Position numbers and translations under genes: made by a program. Below the pieces are notes generated by a model. That model was not told the origin of the DNA, did no database searches, and was given only the letters and a program-made list of their open reading frames with translations. A stretch of DNA of 64,000 bases from positions 73,160,001 through 73,224,000 of the forward strand of contig OX597821.1 of assembly GCA_951406725.2 (NCBI GenBank), written 5' to 3'. Positions 43,173 to 55,457 of this stretch are shown here, one piece after another (within the stretch, counting starts at the first letter, position 1; each line of letters begins with the position of its first letter). Origin of the DNA: Octopus vulgaris. Its lineage: Eukaryota.

Positions 43173-44122
43173 ACATTGATACGAATGAATAAGAGTTAAT
43201 AATGATAATACTGGAAATATCAACATGTGTTTATGAAGAAACAATTATAGAGCGCCGGACTAAATAATCTAAATACTTTCATCCGTTGTCTCCCCAGTTC
43301 AAATGCCTCCGATGTCTGTTCTTTGTCCCTTCTACGACATGAGAACCAGTTATTATTGGAATCGATTCAACTGAATATCCGTCTTCTAGCTAAAGTACTA
43401 TTATGAATTTCTAGGGTGGCGGACTAACAGAATCGTTACTCGTCGGAGAAAATTCTTAGCTGCGTTTCTTCCGACTCTTCTGAGTTCGAAATTCTGCCGA
43501 GGTTAACTTTGCCTTTCATCCTTCCGGGTGGACAAAATAAAATTTACCAGCTGGGTTCGTTAGATGTCTTGCAAACAACTTGCACATGCAAGTGCTGCCA
43601 GTCAAAAACTCCGCATACCGGAAGCCAGCAAGTGTATGGGGTCATCAGGAGAGAATGCGCGCCATTTCGGGGCCTACCTCTCGACGGCATCAATGCGCAC
43701 CGGACCCCCTCACTGATATGAGGCCCCGCTTGCTAGATCAGTTTATAATCGATTAGCGCACTACCCTTATGATTGAAATTATTATTATGGATTTCTGACA
43801 TAGACTTGAAACCATAAAAGTTAGAAGATGAAGTAATTATATCGACTCCGATAAGTGATAAGTGATAATGATTCTGTTAGGATGAAAGGCGAAGTTAATC
43901 TCCGCAGGATTCGAACTCACAATGTAGACGGCTGTAACTAAATATTCGAGGCATTTTAACCCATAATCTATCATAACTGTCAATGTAGCAACAACTTCTG
44001 AGCAAAAAGTCATTATTAAAATTATTTGAAACAAGTTACCGCATTGACGCAGAAAACCCACCTCCTCAAGACACACAGACATGACATGTAACACACGCAC
44101 GCACTTATTACACGTACACACA

Positions 44123-44160
<38 letters not shown>

Positions 44161-44334
44161 ATTCTTTCAATAATGGGAAATCTTAGAAATATTAGCATTT
44201 GCTGATAAAGCAGGAGAAATATTGGATCCATTCTTCATAACACCTCTTTACATTAAACTTTATTCCACTTCTTCTCAACAACTGGTCGCCGTTACTAACA
44301 GAAAATAGCTTGTCAATCAATATCTCATATATGC

Positions 44335-44494
44335 GTATGAGTGGCTGTGTGGTAAGTAGCTTGCTTACGAGCCACATGTTTCCGGGTTCAGTCTCACTGC
44401 GTGGCACCTTGAGCAAGTGTCTTCTACTATAGCCTCGGGCCAACCAAATCCTTGTGAGTGGATTTGGTAGACGGAAACTGAAAGAAGCCCGTCG

Positions 44495-44495
<1 letters not shown>
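44335..44495 (+). mobile_element. CORE-type SINE family C (5' part)
   Basis: TGGCTGTGTGGTAAG A-box, GGGTTCAGTCTC B-box-like, GGCACCTTGAGCAAGTGTCTT core-like segment. Confidence 0.75.
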
Positions 44496-44580
<85 letters not shown>

Positions 44581-44899
44581 TGTGTGTGTGTTTGTCCCCA
44601 AGGAAAAACTAAGCTAAGAGCATTAGATTCCTTGGAAAAAAGCAAAGAATGTATAAGAAACAAGGACAGAAAAACATTCGATGTTACACGAATATAAATA
44701 CAAAAATACAAAAAAAAACAATAATAATAATAACAGGACATAACAACAGGCATCTTTGGTGGGGAAGCAAAACTTGGAGTATTTTGGAAGCCTTATTTTT
44801 CATATATTCCTGAGAGTAAATGCTAAAAATATTGTTTTCTATTTCATGGTGGAGGTATATAGTGTTAATTTAAACAGAAGTTCCAGTCGTGCGATCTAA

Positions 44900-45462
44900 C
44901 ATGTCCGCTTAAGAAGCGAAGAGACAACGCATTGCAGATTTGCTTCATGCCGGGGTTGTTATAAGACGTATGGCTCAGACTGTTGGGGCCTCTGTGAGCA
45001 CTGTCTACAACGTTAATAACCGAATGCTGGATATCGTAGGCATCAAGAGAAAGCAAGGAAGTGAAGACATAAACAAAAAACGGGATAATCCATTTCTTAA
45101 ATCTCTCAAAGCCAAAATTTCAAAAGACACAACAACATCCATGAGAAAACTGTTCATGGACATGAAAGTTGATCCAAAGACCATCAGAAATGCAGTACAC
45201 ACTAATTTACATTTGGGGGTCATACGTGAGGAACCCGAGACACCTATTGACTCATGCAATCAAAGCCAAAAGGTATGACAGGACCAAAAAGTGTTGCGAC
45301 ACCTGAAGCAAAATGGACAAACTATCAAAATCTTTCTAGATGAAAATATCTTCTCCGTTGATACTGTTTCAAAACGTCACAATGATTGATACATTGCTAA
45401 GTCACTTTCTGGAGTAAAGGGCGTCTTTAGGACCAAGACCCCAACTCAAGTCATGATACTGC
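44900..45462 (+). pseudogene. N-terminal fragment of a Tc1/mariner-superfamily (maT/DD37D-like) transposase
   Basis: AKRQRIADLLHAG..VSTVYNV..RKQGS HTH, SMRKL..VDPKTIR, and FLDENIFSVD..RHND..RTKTPTQVM; truncated by a SINE. Confidence 0.7.
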
Positions 45463-45542
45463 GAGACGAAATACCGCGAAGTATTTCGCCCGGCGTGCTA
45501 ACGATTCTGCTAGCTCGCCAACCTTTGTAATATATAATATTT

Positions 45543-45770
45543 ATTTCTTTATTGCCCATAATGGGCTAAACACAGAGGGACAAACAAGGATAGACTATGG
45601 GATTAAGTCGATTACATCGACCCCGGTGCATAACTGGTACTTATTTAATCGACCCCGAAAGGATGAAAGGCAAAGTCGACCTCGGCGGAATTTGAACTCA
45701 GAACGTATCGGCAGACGAAATATCGCTAAGCATTTCGCCCGGTGTGCTAACGATTCTGCCAGCTCGCCGC
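45543..45770 (-). mobile_element. Full-length SINE family A (plus 5' fragment at 45465-45520)
   Basis: High similarity to 40145-40376. Confidence 0.85.
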
Positions 45771-46125
45771 CCTTTGCACTATATAATATTGATATATTAG
45801 TTTATGATATTAATTCATCTCAATTTTAGTCTTGTTACATAAATGTTAAAATTCGTTGTGTAGCATTAAAGGTGGGAACAGTGAAAGGCATCAACACCAT
45901 TTATGACTGTTACTTATTTTATCAAACCTCTTCCCACAAGGATGGTTAGCCATGGTGGAGGTTGAACTCAGAACCTAGAGCAGTGGTGATCCGCAATGGA
46001 TGTGGATAAACGCGTCACCAAAAAAATAAACTCATATTTTAAAAACAAAAAAAGGAATTAAAAAAACCTACTGAAGTTTCATTTTTCATTTTTTTTTAAT
46101 TAAGTAAATGCTTAATTTCAAATTG

Positions 46126-46155
<30 letters not shown>

Positions 46156-46163
<8 letters not shown>

Positions 46164-46250
46164 GAAATGAGGTACTCAGAAAATCCGATTTTCTGAGTTC
46201 CTCATTTCTTCTAATATAAAATACCTGTACATCATCTCCAAACCTTCCAA
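46156..46250 (+). repeat. Small fold-back insertion in (TA)n
   Basis: TATTAGAAGAAATGAGG.ACTCAGAAAAT-ccg-ATTTTCTGAGT.CCTCATTTCTTCTAATA plus a tail of about 30 nt. Confidence 0.75.
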
Positions 46251-46300
46251 TATATATATATATCTACATATACATACATATATATATATATATACATATA

Positions 46301-46339
<39 letters not shown>

Positions 46340-46376
46340 ACCGACCATATATATATATATATTTATTATATAGAAG

Positions 46377-46429
46377 GAGCTTCTACAGGACTAGAACTGT
46401 TTCATTCAAGAGAAATCATCAGGAAGCTC
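46377..46429 (-). ncRNA. Type I hammerhead ribozyme with fully paired stems I and III
   Basis: Minus strand GAGCTTC-CTGATGA-tTTCtcttGAAt-GAAA-CAGttctagtcCTG-TA-GAAGCTC. Confidence 0.88.
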
Positions 46430-46464
46430 ATTTACTGTGGTTAACCCCGAATCAACCCGGGACC

Positions 46465-46500
<36 letters not shown>

Positions 46501-46615
46501 CAGGGTAAATGTTTTTTAATTTTCTCCTGGTTTGCAGAATTAATGTTATTTTGCGGTTGAAGCTTTGGCTGTTATTTCTAGTGGGTGAATGGCCTATTAT
46601 GGCCATTCCTTGATT

Positions 46616-46729
<114 letters not shown>

Positions 46730-46907
46730 TGTATGTATGTATGTATGTATGTATGTATGTATATAGTAGACTAAGAAATAGAAAGTCCTGAGTACAACAT
46801 TATACATTTGAAAATGGCTTTTCTGATAAATTTCTCATTTCAATGATTAAATGTTAACAAATGCTGACTGGTAGAGTTTGTTATCCACTGTGTAGGTAGC
46901 GCTGATT

Positions 46908-46984
<77 letters not shown>

Positions 46985-48154
46985 AGTGTGTGTTTTTAAA
47001 ATATATATTTTTTAATACTCATTTTTTACTTTAAACACAAAGTGAGCCAGTTAGCCGCCAAAGTACTTATATTCACTTCGCGAGCGAAACCAAGTTTAAT
47101 AATCCCCAACCTAGAAGCTCCACTTAACCTACAGAAAGCATTTAAGCTGACAAGCTGTCGTTCTTCCATCGCATGTTCACTGTAATATTATATAACTTCT
47201 GAATATTATCGTCTTTCGTTGCAATATGTTAGAACGTAGACAATGTGAGAACTTTGATGAGGCAATGAGAATTATATTACGTGATAGACAGATATCGCTA
47301 GGTACGTCGCTGGATGCTTTCTTTCTATTTAATATAGTTATTGACAAAATTGTGTGCGAGTCAGAACATGTTAAAACTGTGTCTTCTTATCGGTGTTTCA
47401 TTTAAAGACAAAGTAATGAACAACGGGAAGATAAATGAAGAAAAATAAAAGAGGGGCACTAATTCAAGCTTTGTTTTGTCTTATTTTGTGTGGGAAGATA
47501 AAATACGGACGGAAACTGCGTAGTTTCATCGATTTTCCATTAAATTATTGAAAACATAAATTATTGATCGGTTGATCATTTCAGGAGCGATTGTTGATTA
47601 AGTGTTTTTTTTATATCATCAGAAAGTTTATCGACAAGTTGCATCCTAGGTGGGGTGGCCACCCACCTGACGTTGCATATATCGGGTCGTAATGAGCAGA
47701 CTGCGATTAAATGAGAAATGTTTGTCTCATTCCAAAATGCTTAGTTTTTAGCTTGCTTTTTTTCTCTTTTAGTCAGAAGCGAATGCGGTGCCTTGAATCC
47801 ATTACAGGGCGTTCGAGACTGGTGGAAGGAAGGAAGGACGGAAGGAAGGAAAGGAGGGAAAAAAATCTGCTTCCGGTGCTGTGTGCCTGCATATTAAACA
47901 CATTCCTGGCAACTTGTATGCTAATTGGTTTATCCAACAGTGTTACACTGCTAAACTCAGTGTGTATTTAACCAATGTATTCGTGGTTGATTAATGGGGT
48001 CGAAAGGTGTTACTGAAGAAAGAGCAATAACTCCTGAAATATACATATATACCCATTATCTATTTTTTGTATCTTTGATGACATTATTTACATAGACGTA
48101 TTCGTATACGAAACATCGTAACTTTCAGTGCTGGCTCGGAATACTATAGAAAAC

Positions 48155-48373
48155 GTATGTATGTATGTATGTATGTATGTATGTATGTATGTATGTATGT
48201 ATGTATGTATGTATGTATGTATGTATGTATGTATGTATGTATGTATGTATGTATGTATGTATGTATGTATGTATGTATGTATGTATGTATGTATGTATGT
48301 ATGTATGTATTATGTATGTATGTATGTATGTATGTATGTATGTATGTATGTATGTATGTATGTATGTATGTAT
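48155..48373. repeat. (TATG)n microsatellite
   Basis: Directly visible. Confidence 0.95.
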
Positions 48374-49117
48374 GGTCCACATGTGTAATTTACATGTACA
48401 TGTGGTGTATACGATGGCAGAATCTCATATGTAACATAGTTGAAAAACTTTGACTTAATGAAATTATCCATACAATTATTATTAGACAAAAATCCCTCTA
48501 GGAAGTCTAAAAATCTAAAAACAAGGGGGATTACTCGAAATAAGATCAGTTAAAGGAAATTTGCGGAAAATATGCATAATACAGGTCGGTGTAATCTTAT
48601 CGTTAAAGCTAACTGCCGAATACAACAGAGTTGTTCCTGCATTATTAGACCTTCTCAGTGAAGGTTAGTTCACTCAGTTTTGGAGATCCCCAAGTAATTA
48701 GTGGGTGTAGAAATAGATGTAATATAGTGAGTAATATTAAAAATAAATATCGACAATAAGACTGAGGAGGAAATACCTCAAGAGATTTTCCCATATACTA
48801 ATCATACACAAGGTAGAATCTCACCTGCGTAAAATAAAGGTGGTGGGAAGACTTTGAGCAATTACGATTATCCATTCAATTCGTAAACAATTAGAAAGTC
48901 AATAATAAATCTCTGGGCGAGATATAAACAGTAACTGCTCTATAACATAAGAGGGATCAGCCATCTGAATGTGGCTAGGGTCAGGGCGGGATGGTGGGGG
49001 TGTTACTGATGCATTTAGCCCCAGGCGAACATCGACGTCACCAGAAGAGCTGACACCATCTCAGTGTCCTTGCCAGCCAGCAAAGGGAGATCCGCCTCCC
49101 CGAAGATACAGATACTA

Positions 49118-49160
49118 CACACGGACCGGTTTCGAGGTTATTGCCTCTTGTCAACGTATG
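49118..49160 (-). ncRNA. U3-A8 variant minimal hammerhead ribozyme
   Basis: Minus strand CATACG-TTGACAA-GAGGcaataaCCTC-GAAA-CCGG-TC-CGTGTG. Confidence 0.75.
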
Positions 49161-49531
49161 GTAAGCACCGCTCTTCGTTGAGGGACTCCCTCTACCGGCT
49201 GGATATATATAGATTTTCACAGTAACCACAGTCACTGGCGTCGAAAATCTGTTCGAAAACAATAATAAATCTCTAGGCGAGATATAAACAGTAACGTCGA
49301 TGTTCGCCTGGGGCTAAATGCATCAGTAACACCCCCACCACCCCGCCCTGACCCTAGCCACATTCAGATGGCTGATCTCTCTTATGTTATAGAGCAGTTA
49401 CTGTTTATATCTCACCCAGAGATTTATTATTGTTTTCGAACAGATTTTCAACGCCAGTGACTGTGGTTACTGTGAAAATCTATATATATCCAGCCGGTAG
49501 AGGGAGTCCCTCAACGAAGAGCGGTGCTTAC

Positions 49532-49574
49532 CATACGTTGACAAGAAGCAATAACCTCGAAACCGGTCCGTGTG
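49532..49574 (+). ncRNA. U3-A8 variant minimal hammerhead ribozyme
   Basis: CATACG-TTGACAA-GAAGcaataaCCTC-GAAA-CCGG-TC-CGTGTG. Confidence 0.72.
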
Positions 49575-50067
49575 TAGTATCCGTATCTTCGGGGAGGCGG
49601 ATCTCCCTTTGCTGGCTGGCAAGGACACCGAGATGGTGTCAGCTCTTCTGGTGACGTCGATGTTCGCCTGGGGCTAAATGCATCAGTAACACCCCCACCA
49701 CCCTGCCCTGACCCTAGCCACATTCAGATGGCTGACCCCTCTTATGAAATTAGAAAGTCTTTATCCTTTAATTGCATAGAGAATTTCAATTAATCGGATT
49801 TTTAGGCCACGATTAATGTAACACTATACGAGGCCTTACTGACTGTGTATTTTGTGTGCAGAAGGCTGCCTTGGGGAAATTTTACATATTCATGGTTTTG
49901 ATGTGCAAAATTCTTAGGCAATTTTTCTGTTAGAAAATTACTATTTTTAAATCTCACAACGAGAAAAATAGTTATTTTCTGATTTATAGATCAGTGACTA
50001 GTTGTCACTTTGAAAACTATATATTGCGAACGGGAATTTGGCAGCGCCACCTCTAGCCGAACAATTA

Positions 50068-50114
50068 TTCTATGCTGATGAAGGGAAATAACCTGGAAAT
50101 CGCGATACACAGAA
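50068..50114 (+). ncRNA. Minimal type I hammerhead ribozyme
   Basis: TTCTATG-CTGATGA-AGGgaaataaCCTg-GAAA-TCGCGA-TA-CACAGAA. Confidence 0.78.
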
Positions 50115-50498
50115 ATTGTTTGGGGTTGCTAAATTCCCTTGTTCAAAAATATAAAGCCACAGATCGTGTCGTATAGCCAGTTGGAGATGATGACTCCTGG
50201 GGCTAAATTACAGCAACATTTGTCCTAAACCAGGACTTTATTTCCTCTGTTGTTGTACTCGAAATACAGATACGTAACAGAGCAATATAATACAACCATT
50301 TTTTCCTTAATCTCTGGAACACATAAGGCCGGCTACACGGTTTGCATGATGTATAAGTGACCATGATTACAACAATTGGCCTCGACGGGACACCGATCCG
50401 TTGTGGGGTTGAAGGTCAGCAGTTTTGAAGGAGTCGATTACGACACAATCTGTGTCCTTATATTTTTGAACAAGGGAATCTAGCACCCCCAAACAATA

Positions 50499-50543
50499 TC
50501 GGTGTATTGCGATTTCCGGGTTATTTCCTTTCATCAGCACAGA
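50499..50543 (-). ncRNA. Minimal type I hammerhead ribozyme (inverted copy)
   Basis: Minus strand TCTGTG-CTGATGA-aaggaaataacccg-GAAA-TCGCAA-TA-CACCGA. Confidence 0.7.
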
Positions 50544-51409
50544 GTAATAGTTCGGCTTGAGGTGGCGCTGCCAAATTCCCGTTCGAAGGTTTAATAATAC
50601 AGCATTTGACTGGCTCCCAATATTTTATCAACCCTGAAAGGATAAAAGGCAATATCGACTTTGGCGGGATTTGAACCTGGAATGAAAAGATTGGGAAGAA
50701 AAGCTGCCAAGCATTTTGTTCGATGTACTAAAGGTTCTACCAGCTCATCGTATTTATAAAAGCAAAGGTAACTTTTTGGACAAGGGATTTCCATTTGCCT
50801 CTATCATGGAGTGTAGGCCCTGCTTTCTTTTAAAATGATTGATTCATACGAACCGGTCCGTCCGTAGCCACCTCTCCGTTCTGTTTTGTTATGTAACTCT
50901 TCACTGTAGCTCAGATATTGACCAACTCAGCCAACGATGTCAGCTTAGAATGTGTGCTGAAGCGACATCACTTACTTCATTCATATATAAAAATTATCAA
51001 TTCTTTTTTGTATATTCATTTTTATTTTCATTTTTTAGCAATTTGTTTCTAGAAAAGTGATCGGCATAATCGATAGAACATCGAACAAAATGGCCTGAGA
51101 TTAAAAACCTGTTATGATCAATCGAATCTGCCCGTCATTACTCACTCTTCTTCGTCACTAGTTGATAACCCGTCAACTTGGTGATAGTAATTATCTCCAT
51201 TCTCAAACGAATATGACTTAATGTTTACAGTGAATATAATATACATATCCATACATTAGTGCGTGCGCGTTGCGTATGCGTGTACACGCGCGCGCGCGAG
51301 CGAGTGTGTGTATGTGTGTGTGTATGTGTGCGTCCGGGTGGGGTGCGTGTGTGCTCGCGCACGTGCTCCATTTCACCTCGATTTATTTTAGCACTACAAC
51401 CACTTTTCT

Positions 51410-51908
51410 GAGAGAGAGTAATGGAAAACGAGCATTACAAAACACTCTGGGATTTTAACATGCAGCGCGACCAAGTCATAGAGGCGAGACGCTCAGATAT
51501 CGTTCTCATCCATAAAGATGAAAAAGAAGTAAAGATAATAGATATTGCAATACCAAGCGATTCGAGGGTGAAATGTGAGGAAACAGAAAATATTGAGAAA
51601 TACCAGCAACTGCGGGACGAGATTGGAAAATTATGGGGCATGAGGAAAGTAATGGTGACACCGGTGGTAACTGGATGATTAGGAACAGTTCCCAAGAGCT
51701 TTGAAAAATATATTAAGAATATTGGAGCTGCTGTCAGGCTCGAAGTGATCCAGAAGACAGCATTGTTGGGTACAGTTCTCATTCTAAGGAGAGTAGTGTC
51801 TCTTTGAGTCACAGGAGAAGGCACTATTTGAAACCTTTGGTGATTTGTTTTTGCCTGCTTTCAAGTAAAGAACAACTGGTAATTAAGAGCTATCCAAGTC
51901 TTTCAGAA
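51410..51908 (+). mobile_element. 3' fragment of Dong/R4 LINE (RLE)
   Basis: ENEHYKTLWDFNMQRDQVIEARRSDIVLI..IIDIAIP..KYQQLRDEI..PVVTG*LG; ends in a TAA-like tail. Confidence 0.85.
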
Positions 51909-51944
51909 TAATAATAGTAATAATAATGATGATGATGATGATTA

Positions 51945-52892
51945 CTGATCAATGGCAATAAAAACCTCTCACTGGCAAATATCCAAAGACAGCTAATAAT
52001 GCCGATGTTGACAAAGCCCTAACCCATCAATGGCTAATGGCCTCTGGCTTAAAATCTGAAACAGAATGGTTTATCATAGCAGCCCAAGATCAATGCCTAC
52101 CAACAAGAAACCACTACGCCAACATATTAAAGAACAGCAGCTCCCCAATATGTCGTGTATGTCAACAACAAAATGAAACCATTGATCATGTTGTCTCCAA
52201 GTGCAGTCTTCTTGCGCCTATGGAGTATCTCAACAGGCATGATAGAGCTGCACAATATATTCACTGGGTAATTTGCAAAAACTTGGATTTGCCCCATGAT
52301 AAAAACTGGTGGGAACACGAACCACCTCCAGTGCTTGAAAATGACCACATCTCACTCCTCTGGAACTTCACCATTCAAACTGACTGAAAGATAGATACGA
52401 ATAGGCCAGACATTATATTGAAAGGCTACAGACAAAAATCATGCCTCCTCATTGATATGACTGTCTCAATCGACATAAATGTATCTGTCAAGACCTACCA
52501 AAAATTGAGCAAGTATAAAGATCTTGAAATAGAAATTGGCAAAATGAGGAACCTGAAGACTAAAACAATACCTGTTGCCATAGGTGTCCTATGAATGATA
52601 GCAAAAGGGGCTGATTCCTACCTAGCTCAGATACCAGAAAACCCCAAAATGGTCGAAATTCAAAAGATAGCGCTCATGGGAACTGTCCATATCCAACGTA
52701 AAACACTGCCTATGTAATCTCAGAGTTTAAAACTAACATAATTTTCTTATGTTTTCTTAAACATTCTCTAGAACAATACTTTGTGCATAACCAATATATG
52801 GCACCAATATGAACTTCTAACTTGTCTCTTGAGGTCTCTGGGTGAGACTTGGAGTCAGCATGTACAAATACAAAGCAAAAGTCAACCATATC
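51945..52892 (+). mobile_element. 3' fragment of Dong/R4 LINE (CCHC plus RLE)
   Basis: LKSETE..AAQDQ..CRVC..ETIDHVVSKC..YLNRHD..LLWNF..NRPDI..KYKDL; (TAA)n tail. Confidence 0.88.
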
Positions 52893-52946
<54 letters not shown>

Positions 52947-53040
52947 TCTTGCTCGTCCTCTGTTTTGTGCCGCATTATGACGGTGTATTTCGTCGTCTAT
53001 GTGGTACCCTGGCCTAAACAGCGTACCTCGCTGACTGCTT

Positions 53041-54590
53041 TTTTTCCTTGACCACACAGGGTTGAACACAGAGGGGACAGCACAACGATAGACAAAACAC
53101 AAAAGTTGTGGGGAGGGGAATATAAAATCGAATGAAAAGAATAGTAATCATAATTGAAAAGGTGGAACGACGTCAACTCGAACCCCACACTCCAGATAAC
53201 GTCATTGAACATTTAAAAAAAACTTTTTACACAGTTATACTATTTTTGTCTCTTTGTCTTTGCTGTTTGTTGCTTCTGTTGTGTATTCAGTGTTCTTTTT
53301 TTTGGGGGGGGGATATCTATTTCCTTTTTACTGTCTGCATTCGGATCCGTTCTTGTGCATTCGTTTCTAAGCTTTTTGTGTTTATTGGAGGTAGAAAACG
53401 AGAACTTGTTTTTTTCTTCTTCCTCCTGGCAACTGACCATTCCTCCTCACTTATCCCGGTAGATGTGGAGGTCCAGCTTCCTCCGGCGCGCAATTCTCCT
53501 TCTCCACTGTCTTCTCCGCCATTTGCTGCTTCTCTTCCTCCTCACCTGGAGCGTCCTCGTTCGGCTTCTCTTGCTCTTCCCTTGGTTCATCCTGTATTTT
53601 CCCTTGTGCTTCACACTGAAGGGCCTGGGAGCACGTTTTCCTTATGAGCCACTTCACTCCGCACTCGAAACATATTATGATTTTGCCCTAGACCGAGAAT
53701 CTCAACATTTGTCTCACCCAGCAGAATTATAAATTCTGGAATTTTCTCCAGTTCTGCTGGTGTGGCTTGGATTGTCACCCGAAGATTCCTTCCACACCAG
53801 CTCTGCATTTTTTCTCCTCAACTCCAGCAGTGTCACCTCCTCCTTCATACTGGAGCAAGCGGCTTCCACAAGCCACACTGAGCTAATTCCAAGTGGATAA
53901 CCTTCTACTGCGATATCTGTGGTTCTTTTGCCAAGGTAAGACGGCAAAAGAGCCAGCTCCTTTCTCTGCAGGGTGATCGCGGAATCATCCGTTGCGTAGT
54001 ATTCTGACATGAATTGTGCCTCCACAGTACCGAACTTCTTCCCTCATTTCATATATGCCACCCTGAATAAAATAAGCTTTAGACCTTTTCAATTCGTTCG
54101 GTAGACACTATCTCTTTTTTTTTTGAGGGGGGGATATAGTTCTATAAATTATCGTTCTTTTTTTGTTTCATCAGTGGCTCCCTTGGGGGGAGTTAAACTC
54201 ACGTTAATCCCTGTCTCGCAGAATTGGTTGAAATTTTTCCACGGCCTCTGGCCTGATGTATCTTCTTTGCTTTTTACCGACCGCTGCCGCATAATCTTCC
54301 ACACTTTCTTCCGAGTCGCTTTCGTACTCCCAGTCGACGCTCTCCAAGAGCTCCAACGTGTCATACAAATCATTAGTCATTTTGCGCGGGCACAATTCCC
54401 ACACAAAATGCAATCAATTCGGGCCTAACTGGGAACAAGAGGAAAACCAAGCCTGTTCAGGCAAACAATGTGTCAAAAGACACAACCAGTTTTTTAAATA
54501 CGAGTTAGTCCCAAGGGAAACAACTGCAACAAAATGAGGTCGAACAATAAATAACCAACCGCAATTCAGAGGCGTACCTAGCTGTCTGTT
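53041..54590 (-). mobile_element. Decayed ORF1-only (Tx1/L1-like gag) non-autonomous retroelement
   Basis: ATG at 54380: MTNDLYD..EDYAAAVGKK, later KFGTVEAQF..LLPSYLGKRTT, degenerate knuckle CFECGVKWLIRKTC, charged C-terminus, then a 3' UTR and short A tail with no RT. Confidence 0.55.
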
Positions 54591-54597
54591 AGTTTTA

Positions 54598-55122
54598 ATT
54601 GACCACACATCGTCGAACACAGAGGGAACAGAGCGAGGACAGACAAAACACAAAATTAGGGGAAAATAAAATCGAATGAAACGAATGGGAATCATAAATG
54701 AAAAAGATGGAAACCGACGTCAACTCGAACCCCACACTCCATATTACGTCATTGAACATTTTTACAAAAGGTTTTTAAAACAGTTATTTTATTATTGTCT
54801 CTTTGTCCTTGCTGTGCGTTGCTTGTGTTGTATAATTAGTGTTCTTTTTTGGGGTATCTTTTCTTTTTTTTTTTGTTAGCGTTTGCAGCGTCTTTTGGCT
54901 GCGTTCGAATCTGTTGGAGAGAACGAGATCTTTTTTGCCTCTTCCTCTCTGCAACTAACCATTCTTTCTCACTAACCTCGGTAGATGTGGGCGCTCCAGC
55001 TTCCTCTGGCGCGCAATTCTCCTTCTCCGCTGTCTCCTCCACCTCTTTCTGCTACTCTTCCTATTCACCTGGAGCGTTCTCGTTCGGCTTCTCTTGCTCT
55101 TCCCTTGGTTCATCCTGTATTT
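54598..55122 (-). mobile_element. Second, 5'-truncated copy of the same element, head-to-tail
   Basis: Aligns by eye with 53050-53600 (CGACGTCAACTCGAACCCCACACTCCA, GGCGCGCAATTCTCCTTCTCC, CTTGGTTCATCCTGTATTTT). Confidence 0.75.
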
Positions 55123-55333
55123 TGCTTGTGTTCAGAATCACTAAGGACAATATATGTATCAGAACCTTACAGTAGTCTGGAACAACTGAATCTTAGTCAG
55201 TCAGTTGATGAGCTCCACTACCTCAAATGTTCTTAAAATTTAAATCCACATCTTTGTCTATGTATCTACCTTCTCTATAATGCTGCCACTTGATATGAAT
55301 ATTTTTGCATTAATGAAAAAAAAAACCTATAAA

Positions 55334-55417
55334 TGGCTGATGAGTGCTCAGCATTTTAAAACTGTTGTAATACTTACAACATTTGATAAAATGATGTAGT
55401 ACGAAACGATCGTACCA
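55334..55417 (+). ncRNA. Type I hammerhead ribozyme with extended stem II
   Basis: TGG-CTGATGA-GTGCT..(CATTTT..TGTTGTAAtacTTACAACA..AAAATG)..AGTAC-GAAA-CGATCG-TA-CCA. Confidence 0.8.
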
Positions 55418-55457
55418 AATTACCGGAGTCATTCTTGTTGCTTATTTTGATTATACA

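Larger units (their letters stand above)
48901..49747. mobile_element. Retrozyme-like non-coding insertion: 360-bp unit in tandem and inverted arrangement, with 12-bp TSD
   Basis: Period 360 (48901 vs 49261; 49294 vs 49654). The right half is the reverse complement in a different register; AATTAGAAAGTC at 48889-48900 and 49748-49759. Confidence 0.85.
50027..50585. mobile_element. Convergent inverted repeat (arms about 50027-50172 and 50440-50585), each arm with a hammerhead
   Basis: CGAACGGGAATTTGGCAGCGCCACCTC..GATCGTGTCGT vs its reverse complement; spacer of about 270 bp. Confidence 0.8.

Noticed and set aside
43600-43650. SECIS-like ATGA..GA hairpin on the minus strand
   Set aside because: No apical AA motif at the expected spacing and no UGA-containing ORF nearby.
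48969-49723. Duplicated 70-74 aa ORFs on both strands
   Set aside because: By-products of the inverted 360-bp non-coding unit.
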